DNA of 64,000 nt from an uncultured bacterium. Its GTDB lineage: Bacteria > Chloroflexota > Limnocylindria > QHBO01. The first letter of the stretch is position 1. Each line of letters opens with the position of its first letter. Location of the stretch: assembly GCA_965652075.1 (NCBI GenBank), contig CBFGTN010000002.1, positions 1,372 to 65,371 on the forward strand. The letters are read 5' to 3'. The position numbers and the translations under genes were made by a program. The notes under the pieces were generated by a model. It was not told the origin of the DNA. It saw only the letters and a list, made by a program, of their open reading frames with translations, and ran no database searches. This document shows positions 1 through 8,318 of this stretch, in pieces.

Positions 1-137
1 ACGGGATCGGGAACATGCGCGCACGCGCCGAGGCGATCGGTGCCACCTTCGAGGTCCACAGCCGGGCCGGAACGGGGACCCGTATCATCGTCGTCCTGCC
101 GCGCAGAGCGCGAGCTCGAGCGAGTGAAGAGACGTGA
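1..137 (+). CDS. Sensor histidine kinase, C-terminal fragment (gene starts upstream of the window)
   Basis: Frame 3 reads GIGNMRARAEAIGATFEVHSRAGTGTRIIVVLP then TGA at 135-137. This ATPase-domain tail is typical of HisKA_3 (NarX/DesK-type) kinases. The stop overlaps the GTG of the next gene (GTGA). Confidence 0.6.
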   Translation, partial: GIGNMRARAEAIGATFEVHSRAGTGTRIIVVLPRRARARASEET

Positions 138-814
138 GCGAGCCACCATCCGAGAGACCGATCCGACTGCTCGTCGTCGACGACCACGAGGTCGTGCGCC
201 AGGGGCTCGTGTCATTGCTCGACCGGCGCTCGGGGCTCGAGGTCGTCGCCCAGGCGGGGACCGTGGCAGAGGCCGTCTCGCACGCCGTCCGCTTCGAGCC
301 CGACATCGTGATCATGGACGTCAGGCTGCCGGACGGATCCGGGATCGAGGCGTGCCGCGACATTCGCGCACTGCGCCCGGAGACGCGCGTCGTGATGCTG
401 ACGAGCTACCCCGACGAGGAAGCGGTCCTGTCGGCGATCATCGCCGGCGCGTCGGGTTACCTCCTGAAGCAGATCCGTGGGCGCGACCTGGTCGCGGCCA
501 TCCAGTCCGTGGCGAGGGGCGACTCACTGCTCGATCCGGGCGTGACCGAAAAGGTCCTGCAGCGCGTCCGACGGGCCGCCAGCGGCGGCGCGACCGACGA
601 GCTCACCGACCTGACCCAGCAGGAACGTCGGATCCTCCTGCTCGTGGCGGAGGGCAAGACGAACAAGGAGATCGCGGCTGAAGTCTTCCTCTCGGACAAG
701 ACGGTGAAGAACTACGTCAGCAGCATCCTTTCGAAGCTGAATCTCCAGCGTCGCACGCAGGCAGCGGCGTTCGTCGCCAAGCACCACCTTGGGGAGCCTC
801 CCGCCGGCAGTTAG
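134..814 (+). CDS. NarL/LuxR-family two-component response regulator
   Basis: REC motifs RLLVVDDHEVV and DIVIMDVRLPDGSG. C-terminal GerE-type HTH LTQQERRILLLVAEGKTNKEIAAEVFLSDKTVKNYVSSILSKLN. Translationally coupled to the upstream kinase. Confidence 0.9.
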   Translation: MSEPPSERPIRLLVVDDHEVVRQGLVSLLDRRSGLEVVAQAGTVAEAVSHAVRFEPDIVIMDVRLPDGSGIEACRDIRALRPETRVVMLTSYPDEEAVLSAIIAGASGYLLKQIRGRDLVAAIQSVARGDSLLDPGVTEKVLQRVRRAASGGATDELTDLTQQERRILLLVAEGKTNKEIAAEVFLSDKTVKNYVSSILSKLNLQRRTQAAAFVAKHHLGEPPAGS

Positions 815-1314
815 CCCGCGGCTCCCCCCAGGGCCGCCGCCTCGTCGAGACGGCCGAGCAGCCACCGCGCCGTGCCCTCGGCCGCGATGTGGAGCAGCGC
901 GCGATCCGCCGCGCGTCCGACGATGCCACCGGGCGGCGCGTACGAGCCGCTGAGCGTCAGCTCGCCGTCCCTCGCCACGATCGTGCCGGCGAAGACTGGA
1001 AAGAGCGGTGCAAACGACGAGGCGCGCCAGCCGATCTCTGCCTCCCAGCCGTCGTTCAGCGGCCGGACGGGACCGACGTCGACGTACGCGGCCTTCCGGA
1101 ACGTCACGAGCGTCGGCAGATCGCCGGCGCGCAGCTGAAGGTCGGCCTCGTGTCGCCGCATGCCCTCGACGACAGGCTCCACCTCCGGCCCGAGCCAGCT
1201 CCGCGCGGCGCGAATCGCCCAGGCCAGCCGCGCGGGATCGCTGAGCGAGGCGCGACGCACGACGATCCGCGTCAGCGGCAGGTCGCGATCCACGGCGGCG
1301 TCGGCGGCGACCAT
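811..1314 (-). CDS. Hypothetical protein co-transcribed with the multicopper oxidase
   Basis: 167-aa ORF. Its ATG at 1314 lies 3 nt after the TGA (1318-1320) of the upstream MCO gene. Non-repetitive, balanced composition, unlike the shadow ORFs. No family recognised by eye. Confidence 0.5.
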   Translation of the reverse strand: MVAADAAVDRDLPLTRIVVRRASLSDPARLAWAIRAARSWLGPEVEPVVEGMRRHEADLQLRAGDLPTLVTFRKAAYVDVGPVRPLNDGWEAEIGWRASSFAPLFPVFAGTIVARDGELTLSGSYAPPGGIVGRAADRALLHIAAEGTARWLLGRLDEAAALGGAAG

Positions 1315-1317
1315 CCG

Positions 1318-2646
1318 TCAGCGCTCCTCGACGACGAGCGCGGTGACCATCCCGAACATCCCCTCAGGCCCTTCGGCGTGGGTGAGGATGTGGCAGTGGA
1401 AGGCCCACGTGCCGACCTCGCTCGCGTCGATCAGGACGTCGATGCGCTCCCCGGGCGCCACGAGGACCGTGTCCTCGTAGTGCGGGTCCGGCACGTTCCA
1501 CCCGTCCTTGGCGATGACCTGCTGCGGGATCCCGTGGAGGTGCATCGGGTGGATCTGGAGCCCCTCGTTCATGTAGCGGATCCGGATCTTGTCGCCCTGC
1601 GTGGCCACGATCGGCGCGGTGGCCGGGAAGCCCTTGCCGTTGATCGTGAACCCGAGTGGACCGTCGTTGAGGACCATCGCGATGTCCTGGTCGACCGCAG
1701 GCTCATCGGCATCCGGATCGGTCACGACGAAGGCTCCGAGGAGTCCCATCGGCACCTGCTCCTCGGCGTGGAAGTGGCTGTGGTACATGTGCGATCCGGC
1801 GTTGCGCAGCGTGTACTCGTAGGTGAACGTCTCGCCTGGCATGACCGCCGGTTGGCTGATGACCGGGACGCCGTCCATGTCGGGCGGCACGAAGAGCCCG
1901 TGGGAGTGGATCGTCGTCGGCACCGGCAGCTCGTTGTGCAGGAGGATCCGGATCCGGTCTCCGACCTGGCCGTGCAGCTGCGGGCCCGGGACCATGCCGT
2001 TGTAGGCGTAGGCCTCGACGAAGGTGCCGGGCTCGGTTTCCCACTGGATGACCGATGCGGTGATCTCCCACTGGAGGGTTCCGTCGTCCAGCACCTCGGG
2101 CTCGAGCACCTGGTTGCCGAGGCCCTCCGTCTCGGCCGGGAACTGGGCCGTGACCGCGGCGTCGACGTCGCGCATCTCCTCGGCCGTCATGCTCTCGGCC
2201 GGCGACGGCTCCGGGCCGTCGGACGCTCCCGTGGCCGTGACCATGACCATGCCCGTCATGCCCGCGTCGGCGTGGCCGGGGACCGAGCAGATGAAGCTCA
2301 TCCCCTCCGCGGGGATCGTCACCTCGCCCGTCGCCGTCTCGTGGCCATCGGCGCCGATGACGGTCCCGTCGTCAAAGGTGACGTCGTGATAGGTCCCGCC
2401 GTCGTTCACGAACGTGACCGTGTAGGTCCCGGGACCGGCGACATGGACCATCGCCGGCTCGAAGCCGAGGTCGAAGGCCGTGATCGTGAACTCGCCACCG
2501 CCCTCCTGGGCCGGCGGCGGGCTGGCGGTTGGTGAGGCGGTCGCCTCTCCCGGGCTGCCGAGGACGATGGCGGCCAGGATCATGGTCCCAGCGAACAGCG
2601 TTCCCATGCCGGTGAACGCGAGGAAGTAGATGAGCGGGCGAGGCAT
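1318..2646 (-). CDS. Membrane-anchored multicopper oxidase: N-terminal type-1 cupredoxin domain plus two-domain laccase-like MCO
   Basis: Start moved to ATG 2646 (MPRPLIYFLAFTGMGTLFAGTMILAAIVLG, TM/signal helix; GGAG 7 nt upstream). Cupredoxin ligands are the His in TYHDV and FICSVPGHADAGM. MCO motifs are TIHSHGL, MYHSHFH, IHPMHLHG and WAFHCHILTHAEGPEGMFGM. Confidence 0.85.
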   Translation of the reverse strand: MPRPLIYFLAFTGMGTLFAGTMILAAIVLGSPGEATASPTASPPPAQEGGGEFTITAFDLGFEPAMVHVAGPGTYTVTFVNDGGTYHDVTFDDGTVIGADGHETATGEVTIPAEGMSFICSVPGHADAGMTGMVMVTATGASDGPEPSPAESMTAEEMRDVDAAVTAQFPAETEGLGNQVLEPEVLDDGTLQWEITASVIQWETEPGTFVEAYAYNGMVPGPQLHGQVGDRIRILLHNELPVPTTIHSHGLFVPPDMDGVPVISQPAVMPGETFTYEYTLRNAGSHMYHSHFHAEEQVPMGLLGAFVVTDPDADEPAVDQDIAMVLNDGPLGFTINGKGFPATAPIVATQGDKIRIRYMNEGLQIHPMHLHGIPQQVIAKDGWNVPDPHYEDTVLVAPGERIDVLIDASEVGTWAFHCHILTHAEGPEGMFGMVTALVVEER

Positions 2647-2907
2647 CGGCTTGGCTCCTGAACTGCACCTGCCCGCGGCAGCTTCGGCGCGCGGGTTCAG
2701 CCTCGATTCTGAGGGGGCCGTCCACGGTCGCTGAGGGCCGAATGGCCCGTCCAGCACGTGACTTCGGTCCCGGCGGACGATCGAGCGGGGCAGGTTCAGG
2801 CCCTAGGTCCCTTCTCCGGGGGCCGGATGGCCGTAGCGGCCGATCGCGGATGGCCGCAGCCTGGCTCTTGACACGAGAACCGTTGCGCGCGAACGAGGAG
2901 AGGACCG

Positions 2908-3339
2908 ATGACGACCGTCGAACCAACCACCGACACGAGCGACCTGCTCGTCGCCGACCTCATGACGGTCGACCCGATCGTCGTGAGCATGGACGCCCCG
3001 ATCGAGGAGGCCGAGGAGATGATGCGGCGCCACCGCGTCACCGGACTGCCGGTCGTCGACCTGTCGGGCCGGCTCGTCGGGGTCATCAGCCAGACGGACA
3101 TCCTGTACCTGGACGTGCCCGCCGTGCAGGCGCTCATCCGTCATCGCGAGCGCGGCGTGCGCGTCGGCGAGGTCATGAGTGCGCCCGCCGTGACCGTCGA
3201 CTCCAGCGCATCGGTGCAGGACGCCGCCATCCGGATGCAGACCGAGGGCCTGCACCGGCTCGTCGCGGTCGACGACCACGGGCGGCCGACGGGCGTGATC
3301 TCGGCAATGGACTTCGTCGCACTCGCGGCCGAGGGCTGA
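2908..3339 (+). CDS. CBS-pair domain protein
   Basis: Two CBS repeats (LMTVDPIVVSMDAPIEEAEEMMRRHRVTGLPVVD and VMSAPAVTVDSSASVQDAAIRMQTEGLHRLVAVDD). GAGGAGAGGA RBS before ATG 2908. Confidence 0.85.
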   Translation: MTTVEPTTDTSDLLVADLMTVDPIVVSMDAPIEEAEEMMRRHRVTGLPVVDLSGRLVGVISQTDILYLDVPAVQALIRHRERGVRVGEVMSAPAVTVDSSASVQDAAIRMQTEGLHRLVAVDDHGRPTGVISAMDFVALAAEG

Positions 3340-3364
3340 CCGTGACGAATCGAGAGCGAATGGG

Positions 3365-3625
3365 ATGAGGCCGATCGTGCTCGGGGCCGGACGGAACCCA
3401 CGACCCGACGTCATCGTGTGCCTCAACGAGGCGCGCGATGTCCGCAGCGATCGCGTCGCCTGCCCGACGGAGTCCGGTCGCTCCGTCGACGTACGGAGCT
3501 GCGCGACCTGTCGACTGCTGACCTGGTGGCCGGACGACCGCGTCAGTCAGCTCGAATGCAGTGCCGAGGCAGGTGGTGGCCGGCATCCTGCCGGCATCGT
3601 TCGGCGACCCAACGAGGAGATTTGA
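3365..3625 (+). CDS. Possible small Cys-rich hypothetical protein
   Basis: 86-aa ORF filling the CBS-cupin gap. Third-position GC is about 79% by hand count, higher than the competing minus frame. Five Cys including CATC. The stop is 3 nt before the cupin ATG. No family recognised. Confidence 0.25.
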   Translation: MRPIVLGAGRNPRPDVIVCLNEARDVRSDRVACPTESGRSVDVRSCATCRLLTWWPDDRVSQLECSAEAGGGRHPAGIVRRPNEEI

Positions 3626-3628
3626 CCG

Positions 3629-4012
3629 ATGGCCAGCACATCACCATCCAGTCGCGTCGACGTCCTCCAGGTGGCCTGGAGCAACGACGCGTTCCGGCGC
3701 GAGGTCCTGACCGGCGAGCACGAGCAGGTCGTGGTCATGGCCATTCCGGCCGGTGGCGAGATCGGCGACGAAGTCCACCCCACGACGGACCAGGTCCTCG
3801 TGTTCGTCGACGGCCGGGGCGAGGCGACGCTCGACGGCGAGTCATTCGAGGTCGGTCCGAACGACCTCGTCTTCGTCCGGGCCGGGACCCGCCACAACTT
3901 CGTGAACCGCGGCGATTCCACGCTCCGGCTCATCACCGTGTACGCGCCGCCCGAGCATGCGCCCGGGACGATCCATCAGACCAGGGACGAGGCAGACGCC
4001 GCCGAGGCCTGA
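3629..4012 (+). CDS. Cupin domain protein
   Basis: Cupin motifs GGEIGDEVHPTTDQVLVFVDGRG and VFVRAGTRHNFVN. GAGGAG RBS upstream. Confidence 0.8.
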   Translation: MASTSPSSRVDVLQVAWSNDAFRREVLTGEHEQVVVMAIPAGGEIGDEVHPTTDQVLVFVDGRGEATLDGESFEVGPNDLVFVRAGTRHNFVNRGDSTLRLITVYAPPEHAPGTIHQTRDEADAAEA

Positions 4013-4027
4013 CCGATGCGCGCCGCC

Positions 4028-4537
4028 TCAGCGGTCGCGGGCGCCGCGCACGCCGGCGACGATGAGACCGGCGACGATCCCGATGGCCGCGCCGGCGATC
4101 GCAGCTTCGCGAGGCCCGAGGATGACCCGGGCGCCGGGCTGGACGTCGACGCGCGGCGCCAGCGCCAGGCCGATCGTCCCACCTCCACCGGCGCGGACCT
4201 CTCGCCCGAGCGCGACGGCGATTCCGCCCTGCTCGACGCTGACCGCTCCGAGGGTGAGCAGCGTCCCCGCGCCGCCCTGGTGGATCGTCGCGTCTCCGAG
4301 CGCGACGAGGGTTCCGGTGCCGCCCTGCTGGATCCGCGCATCGCCGCTGGCCACGAACGACCGGCCGCCGCCCTGCGTGATCGAGACGTCGCCGTCGGCG
4401 ACGACAAGCCCGACCCCGGCCTGGCTGACGTCGATGGCGCCGCCGCGGACGACGCCGACGGCACTGCGCTCGACGTGCACGGCGCGCGCGCCGGCCTGGA
4501 CCTCCTTCGTCGCCGTCGTCGTCACGTTGTCGACCAT
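4028..4537 (-). CDS. Tail-anchored repeat protein (eight ~16-aa repeats plus a C-terminal TM helix)
   Basis: Start at ATG 4537 with GAGGAG RBS. 169 aa. Repeat units are DVSITQGGGRSFVASG / DARIQQGGTGTLVALG / DATIHQGGAGTLLTLG / AVSVEQGGIAVALGRE and so on, followed by AAIAGAAIGIVAGLIVAGV and a basic tail. Confidence 0.65.
   Translation of the reverse strand: MVDNVTTTATKEVQAGARAVHVERSAVGVVRGGAIDVSQAGVGLVVADGDVSITQGGGRSFVASGDARIQQGGTGTLVALGDATIHQGGAGTLLTLGAVSVEQGGIAVALGREVRAGGGGTIGLALAPRVDVQPGARVILGPREAAIAGAAIGIVAGLIVAGVRGARDR
4106..4483 (-). repeat. Eight tandem degenerate ~48-bp (16-codon) repeats inside the CDS
   Basis: 16-residue periodicity is visible in the translation (x-x-x-I/V-x-Q-G-G-x-G-x-L-V-A-x-G). 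Coordinates derived from residues 19-144 of the 169-aa product. Confidence 0.7.
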
Positions 4538-4640
4538 CGCGCAGCTCCTCTCGCATCGGCTCGGCGGTATGTGCGGACAGCGTCTCGCATCTCCCGCATG
4601 AGCGCCAGTGCCCGGCACCCTTCCTGCGAGCCGTAGCCGC

Positions 4641-6893
4641 ATGGGCCTCGACCCCCGCTTTCCGCACGAGCTCAGCCATCGCGACTGGACCGTGCTCCTC
4701 TGCCATCCCGATGGCGCGATCGGATGCGACGAGGGCTGCGGCCTCTTCCACCACGACTGCCGGATCCTGTCGCGCCATCGGCTGACGATCGATGGCTCGG
4801 AGCCGGAGTGGGTCTCGAGCGGCACCGCCGGAGCGGACCGATGGATGGCGTCCCTGCGCGCGGCGCTGCCGGGCGGCAACGCCGACGGTCCGCGACTCCC
4901 GCAGGACGCGATCGAGATCCGGCTCGAGCGCCGCCTCGGACCGGGCATGCTCGAACGAGTGTCGGTGCTGAACCACGGGATGACCGAGCGACGCGTCTCG
5001 CTGGCGATCGACCTCGCCGCGGACTTCGCCGACGTCCTCGAGGTGGCGAGCGACCGCCGGCAGCAGAACGGGGCGCTGACGACCGGCGCGCGGCCGGAGG
5101 CCATCGAGATCCGCTACTCGGCGAGCAGCGGCGAGGGATCGACCGAGCGCGGGCTCCGCGTGCGGCGGATCGATGGCGACATGGCGCTCGCGGCAGATGA
5201 CGAGCCGGGCTCGTGCCACGCGGGAACGACGATCGAGCTCGGCGCCGGTGATGCGTGGTCGTCGACGATCGTCCTCGAGCCCCTCGTCGATGGCGCGTGG
5301 GCAGAGGTCGCGGCCGACGTGGCCGCGGAGCGCGACAGCTGGAGGCGCCGGCGCACCCGGCTGCGCTCGAGCTCGCCGACACTCGGGCGCGCCTGGGAGC
5401 TCGCCGCGGACGATCTCCATGACCTCCGCAACCGCGAGCTCGAGGCGGAGGACGGCGCGTGGGTGGTGAATGCCGGCGTGCCGGTCTTCACGGGGCTCTT
5501 CGGCCGCGACGTCCTCACGGCCGGGTGGCAGGCGGCGATGATCGGGCCGCAGTGGATGCGCGGCGCGCTCGACGTGACCGCGCGCACCGCGGCCGCGAGC
5601 GACGACCCCTGGCGCGATGCCGAGCCGGGAAAGCTCATCCACGAGCTGCGACGCGGGCCGCTCGCCGACCTGGGGCTGACCGCGCAGTCGGCGTACTACG
5701 GCACGCAGACGACATCGGCCCTGTTCCCGTTCGTGCTGTCCGAGCATTGGCACTGGACCGGGGACGCCGACCTGCTCCGCCGGCATCGGGCCACGGCGGA
5801 AGGCGCCCTCGCGTGGGCAGAGACGCACGGCGACCTCGACGACGACGGCTTCCTCGAGTACCGCACGCGCTCGCCGTTCGGCCTGAAGAACCAGGGCTGG
5901 AAGGACTCGGACGAGGCGATCCGCTATCCCGACGGCAGCCAGGTGCCGAACCCGATCGCGACCGTCGAGGAGCAGGCCTTCCACTACCTGGCGCTCGTCC
6001 GGATGGCCGAGATCTGCGTCGCGCTCGCCGACGACGGCGCGGCTGAGCGATACCTCGAGCACGCCCGCAAGCTCCGGACGGCCTGGCACGCCGCCTACTG
6101 GATGCCGGACGAGGGCTACTACGCGACGGCGCTCGACCCGGACAAGCGGCCGGTCCGCTCGATCGGATCGAACCCCGGCCACGCGCTCGCGACCGGCATC
6201 GTGCCGTCCGACCAGGCGTCGCTCATCGCCGAGCGGCTGATGGCCGAGGACCTGTTCAGCGGCTGGGGCATCCGGACGCTGTCGTCCGCGCACCCGGCCT
6301 ACAACCCGTGGGCCTATCACCTCGGGACCGTCTGGCCCGTCGAGAACGCGACGTTCGCCGTCGGCTTCAAGCGCTACGGGCTCGACGCGCACGCCGACCG
6401 CCTGGCGCGCGCGCTGCTCGAGGCGACCGCGCGTCTGCCCGGGATGCGGCTTCCGGAGCTCATCGGCGGTCAGAGCCGCGTGGAGCTCGCGGTGCCGGTC
6501 GCCTATCCGCAGGCCAACTGCCCCCAGGCCTGGTCGGCCGGCGCAACCGTCCAGCTCGCCCAGGCCATGCTCGGGCTGTATCCGTTCGCGCCGATCCACC
6601 TGCTGGCGCTGGTGCGACCGCGCCTGCCCGCCGGGATCGACGAGGTGACCCTGCACAACCTGCGGGTGGGCGACGCGACGGTCACGCTCCACTTCCGGCG
6701 CAACGAGGACGGTTCCGCGTCGCACGAGGTGCTCTCGCGGCATGGGACGCTGATCGTCGCAGAGGCCCCACCGCCGGATGCCGCAGGACCCAGGGACCTC
6801 GGTGCGTCGATCGGCTCGCTCGTCCTCGAGCATGCGCCGGGGCGGCTGGCGCGCGCGGCACGGCTCGCGATCGGCATGCTCGAAGGAGGGTGA
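4641..6893 (+). CDS. Amylo-alpha-1,6-glucosidase / glycogen-debranching-enzyme family protein
   Basis: GDE_C-type motifs GWKDSDEAI and GWGIRTLSSAHPAYNPWAYHLGTVWPVEN, plus an N-terminal GDE_N-like region. Start set at ATG 4641 (MGLDPRFPHEL). Confidence 0.85.
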   Translation: MGLDPRFPHELSHRDWTVLLCHPDGAIGCDEGCGLFHHDCRILSRHRLTIDGSEPEWVSSGTAGADRWMASLRAALPGGNADGPRLPQDAIEIRLERRLGPGMLERVSVLNHGMTERRVSLAIDLAADFADVLEVASDRRQQNGALTTGARPEAIEIRYSASSGEGSTERGLRVRRIDGDMALAADDEPGSCHAGTTIELGAGDAWSSTIVLEPLVDGAWAEVAADVAAERDSWRRRRTRLRSSSPTLGRAWELAADDLHDLRNRELEAEDGAWVVNAGVPVFTGLFGRDVLTAGWQAAMIGPQWMRGALDVTARTAAASDDPWRDAEPGKLIHELRRGPLADLGLTAQSAYYGTQTTSALFPFVLSEHWHWTGDADLLRRHRATAEGALAWAETHGDLDDDGFLEYRTRSPFGLKNQGWKDSDEAIRYPDGSQVPNPIATVEEQAFHYLALVRMAEICVALADDGAAERYLEHARKLRTAWHAAYWMPDEGYYATALDPDKRPVRSIGSNPGHALATGIVPSDQASLIAERLMAEDLFSGWGIRTLSSAHPAYNPWAYHLGTVWPVENATFAVGFKRYGLDAHADRLARALLEATARLPGMRLPELIGGQSRVELAVPVAYPQANCPQAWSAGATVQLAQAMLGLYPFAPIHLLALVRPRLPAGIDEVTLHNLRVGDATVTLHFRRNEDGSASHEVLSRHGTLIVAEAPPPDAAGPRDLGASIGSLVLEHAPGRLARAARLAIGMLEGG

Positions 6894-7945
6894 TGCGCGC
6901 TGGCACCCGGGCTGCACTGCTCCGTCGCATGGCACGAAGGAAGCGACCGATCGCCGAGCAGGTCGTCGTCGTCACCGGTGCGTCCCAGGGCATCGGACGC
7001 GCGACCGCGCTGCTGTTCGCGAGCCGCGGCGCGTCCGTCGTGGCGGCCGCCCGAAACGAGGAGGCGCTGACCACGCTGGCCGAGGAGGCCGCCCGGAGCG
7101 GTGGCCGCGTCGAGCCGGTCCTCGCCGACGTGGCGGAGGCGGGGCAGGTCGAGCTCGTGGCGACGACGGCGGCCGATCGGTTCGGTCGGATCGACACCTG
7201 GGTGAACAACGCCGGAATCAGCGTCTATGGCGAAGTCGAGCACCTCGAGCCTGCCGAGATGGAGCGAGTCGCACGGGTCAACCTGCTCGGGGTGATGTTC
7301 GGCTCACGCGCCGCGATCCCGCACCTGCGTCGCGCGGGCGGCGGCACGATTGTGAACGTCGGCTCGGCGCTGTCGGACCGCGCGATCCCGCTCCAGGCGG
7401 CGTACGTCGCCAGCAAGCACGGCGTCGCCGGGTTCAGCGAGGCGCTGCGGCTCGAGATGGCGGAGGACGGGTCGGGCATCGACGTCGTGCTGATCATGCC
7501 GTCGTCGATGAACACGCCGCTCTTCCGATTCGCCCGCTCGAAGCTCGGCGTCCAGCCGATGCCCGTTCCGCCGGTCTACGACCCGCACGTCGTCGCCGAG
7601 TCGATCGTCCACGCCGCGGAGCACGGCGGACGGGAGATCGTCGTCGGTGGCTGGGGAAAGGCGTTGACGGTGGCCCAGTGGCTCAGCCCCACCCTCCTCG
7701 ACCGATACATGCTCAACGGCGCCCGGGCCTGGAAGCAGCAGCTGACGCGGAGGCCTGATGACGCGCGGGAGAACCTGTTCGAGCCCAGCGCGGGACCCGG
7801 ATCGGTGACCGGGGACTTCGGCCGCGACGCGAAGACGACGAGCGTCTACACGAGCCTCTTCGAGCTCCACCCGTACCGCAAGCGCGCGGCGATCGCGCTG
7901 GGCCTGGTCGCGACGCTGGCGGCGGTTCGCTGGATCGGCCGCTAG
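6893..7945 (+). CDS. Short-chain dehydrogenase/reductase (SDR) with a hydrophobic C-terminal tail
   Basis: VVVTGASQGIGRA (TGxxxGxG), NNAG, YVASKHGV (YxxxK). ATG 6893 overlaps the upstream TGA (TGATG). C-terminus is RAAIALGLVATLAAVRWIGR. Confidence 0.85.
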   Translation: MRAGTRAALLRRMARRKRPIAEQVVVVTGASQGIGRATALLFASRGASVVAAARNEEALTTLAEEAARSGGRVEPVLADVAEAGQVELVATTAADRFGRIDTWVNNAGISVYGEVEHLEPAEMERVARVNLLGVMFGSRAAIPHLRRAGGGTIVNVGSALSDRAIPLQAAYVASKHGVAGFSEALRLEMAEDGSGIDVVLIMPSSMNTPLFRFARSKLGVQPMPVPPVYDPHVVAESIVHAAEHGGREIVVGGWGKALTVAQWLSPTLLDRYMLNGARAWKQQLTRRPDDARENLFEPSAGPGSVTGDFGRDAKTTSVYTSLFELHPYRKRAAIALGLVATLAAVRWIGR

Positions 7946-7956
7946 GCCTGGCGCAA

Positions 7957-8184
7957 TCAGGCGGGAAGCGCGGCGGTCTCCCACAGCACGATCTCGGTGC
8001 CATCTCGGTCGACGACGAACGCCCACGACCCGATGCCCGGGGCCGTCCGCGTCTCCGACGTGATCGATCCGCCGCGGCGCACGATCGCGCTCAGCGCCGC
8101 CCGGAGGCTCGGCACGCTGCGCGACGACGGGATCGATCCAGCTGGCGCCGTGTCGAAGCGGTCGGGAATGATCGAGCCTGCCAT
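7957..8184 (-). CDS. Short VOC/glyoxalase-like protein (single module)
   Basis: ATG 8184 is preceded by AGGAGG. The 75-aa product ends GIGSWAFVVDRDGTEIVLWE, as in the second beta-alpha-beta-beta-beta module of VOC proteins. No first module is present. Confidence 0.45.
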   Translation of the reverse strand: MAGSIIPDRFDTAPAGSIPSSRSVPSLRAALSAIVRRGGSITSETRTAPGIGSWAFVVDRDGTEIVLWETAALPA

Positions 8185-8318
8185 CTGAGCCTCCTGCGCC
8201 TGCGGGTGATTCGTTCGTTGCCCATGAGACCCCCGAATCACGGAAAGCTCATCGGTCGAACGGCGCAGGCGATGCCCGGCCAAACGGCCGATCGACCGCA
8301 CGGGAGTAGGCTGGACCG

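Noticed and set aside
2868-2873. A TTGACA hexamer as the -35 box for the CBS gene.
   Set aside because: No acceptable -10 hexamer lies at 16-18 nt spacing (GAACGA only), so there is not enough to call a promoter.
3173-3586. 137-aa minus-strand ORF in the CBS-cupin gap.
   Set aside because: It would overlap the 3' end of the well-supported CBS gene by ~167 nt. Its third-position GC is lower than that of the competing plus-strand frame.
3933-6935. 1000-aa minus-strand ORF, plus similar giants at 889-2535(+), 9465-11408(+), 31690-33894(+), 31973-34186(-), 40839-42857(+), 45526-48066(+) and 53603-56494(+).
   Set aside because: They are extremely Arg/Gly/Pro/Asp/His-rich, low-complexity translations. 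Each lies antisense or out of frame to genes with clear family motifs. These are classic high-GC shadow ORFs with no recognisable domains.
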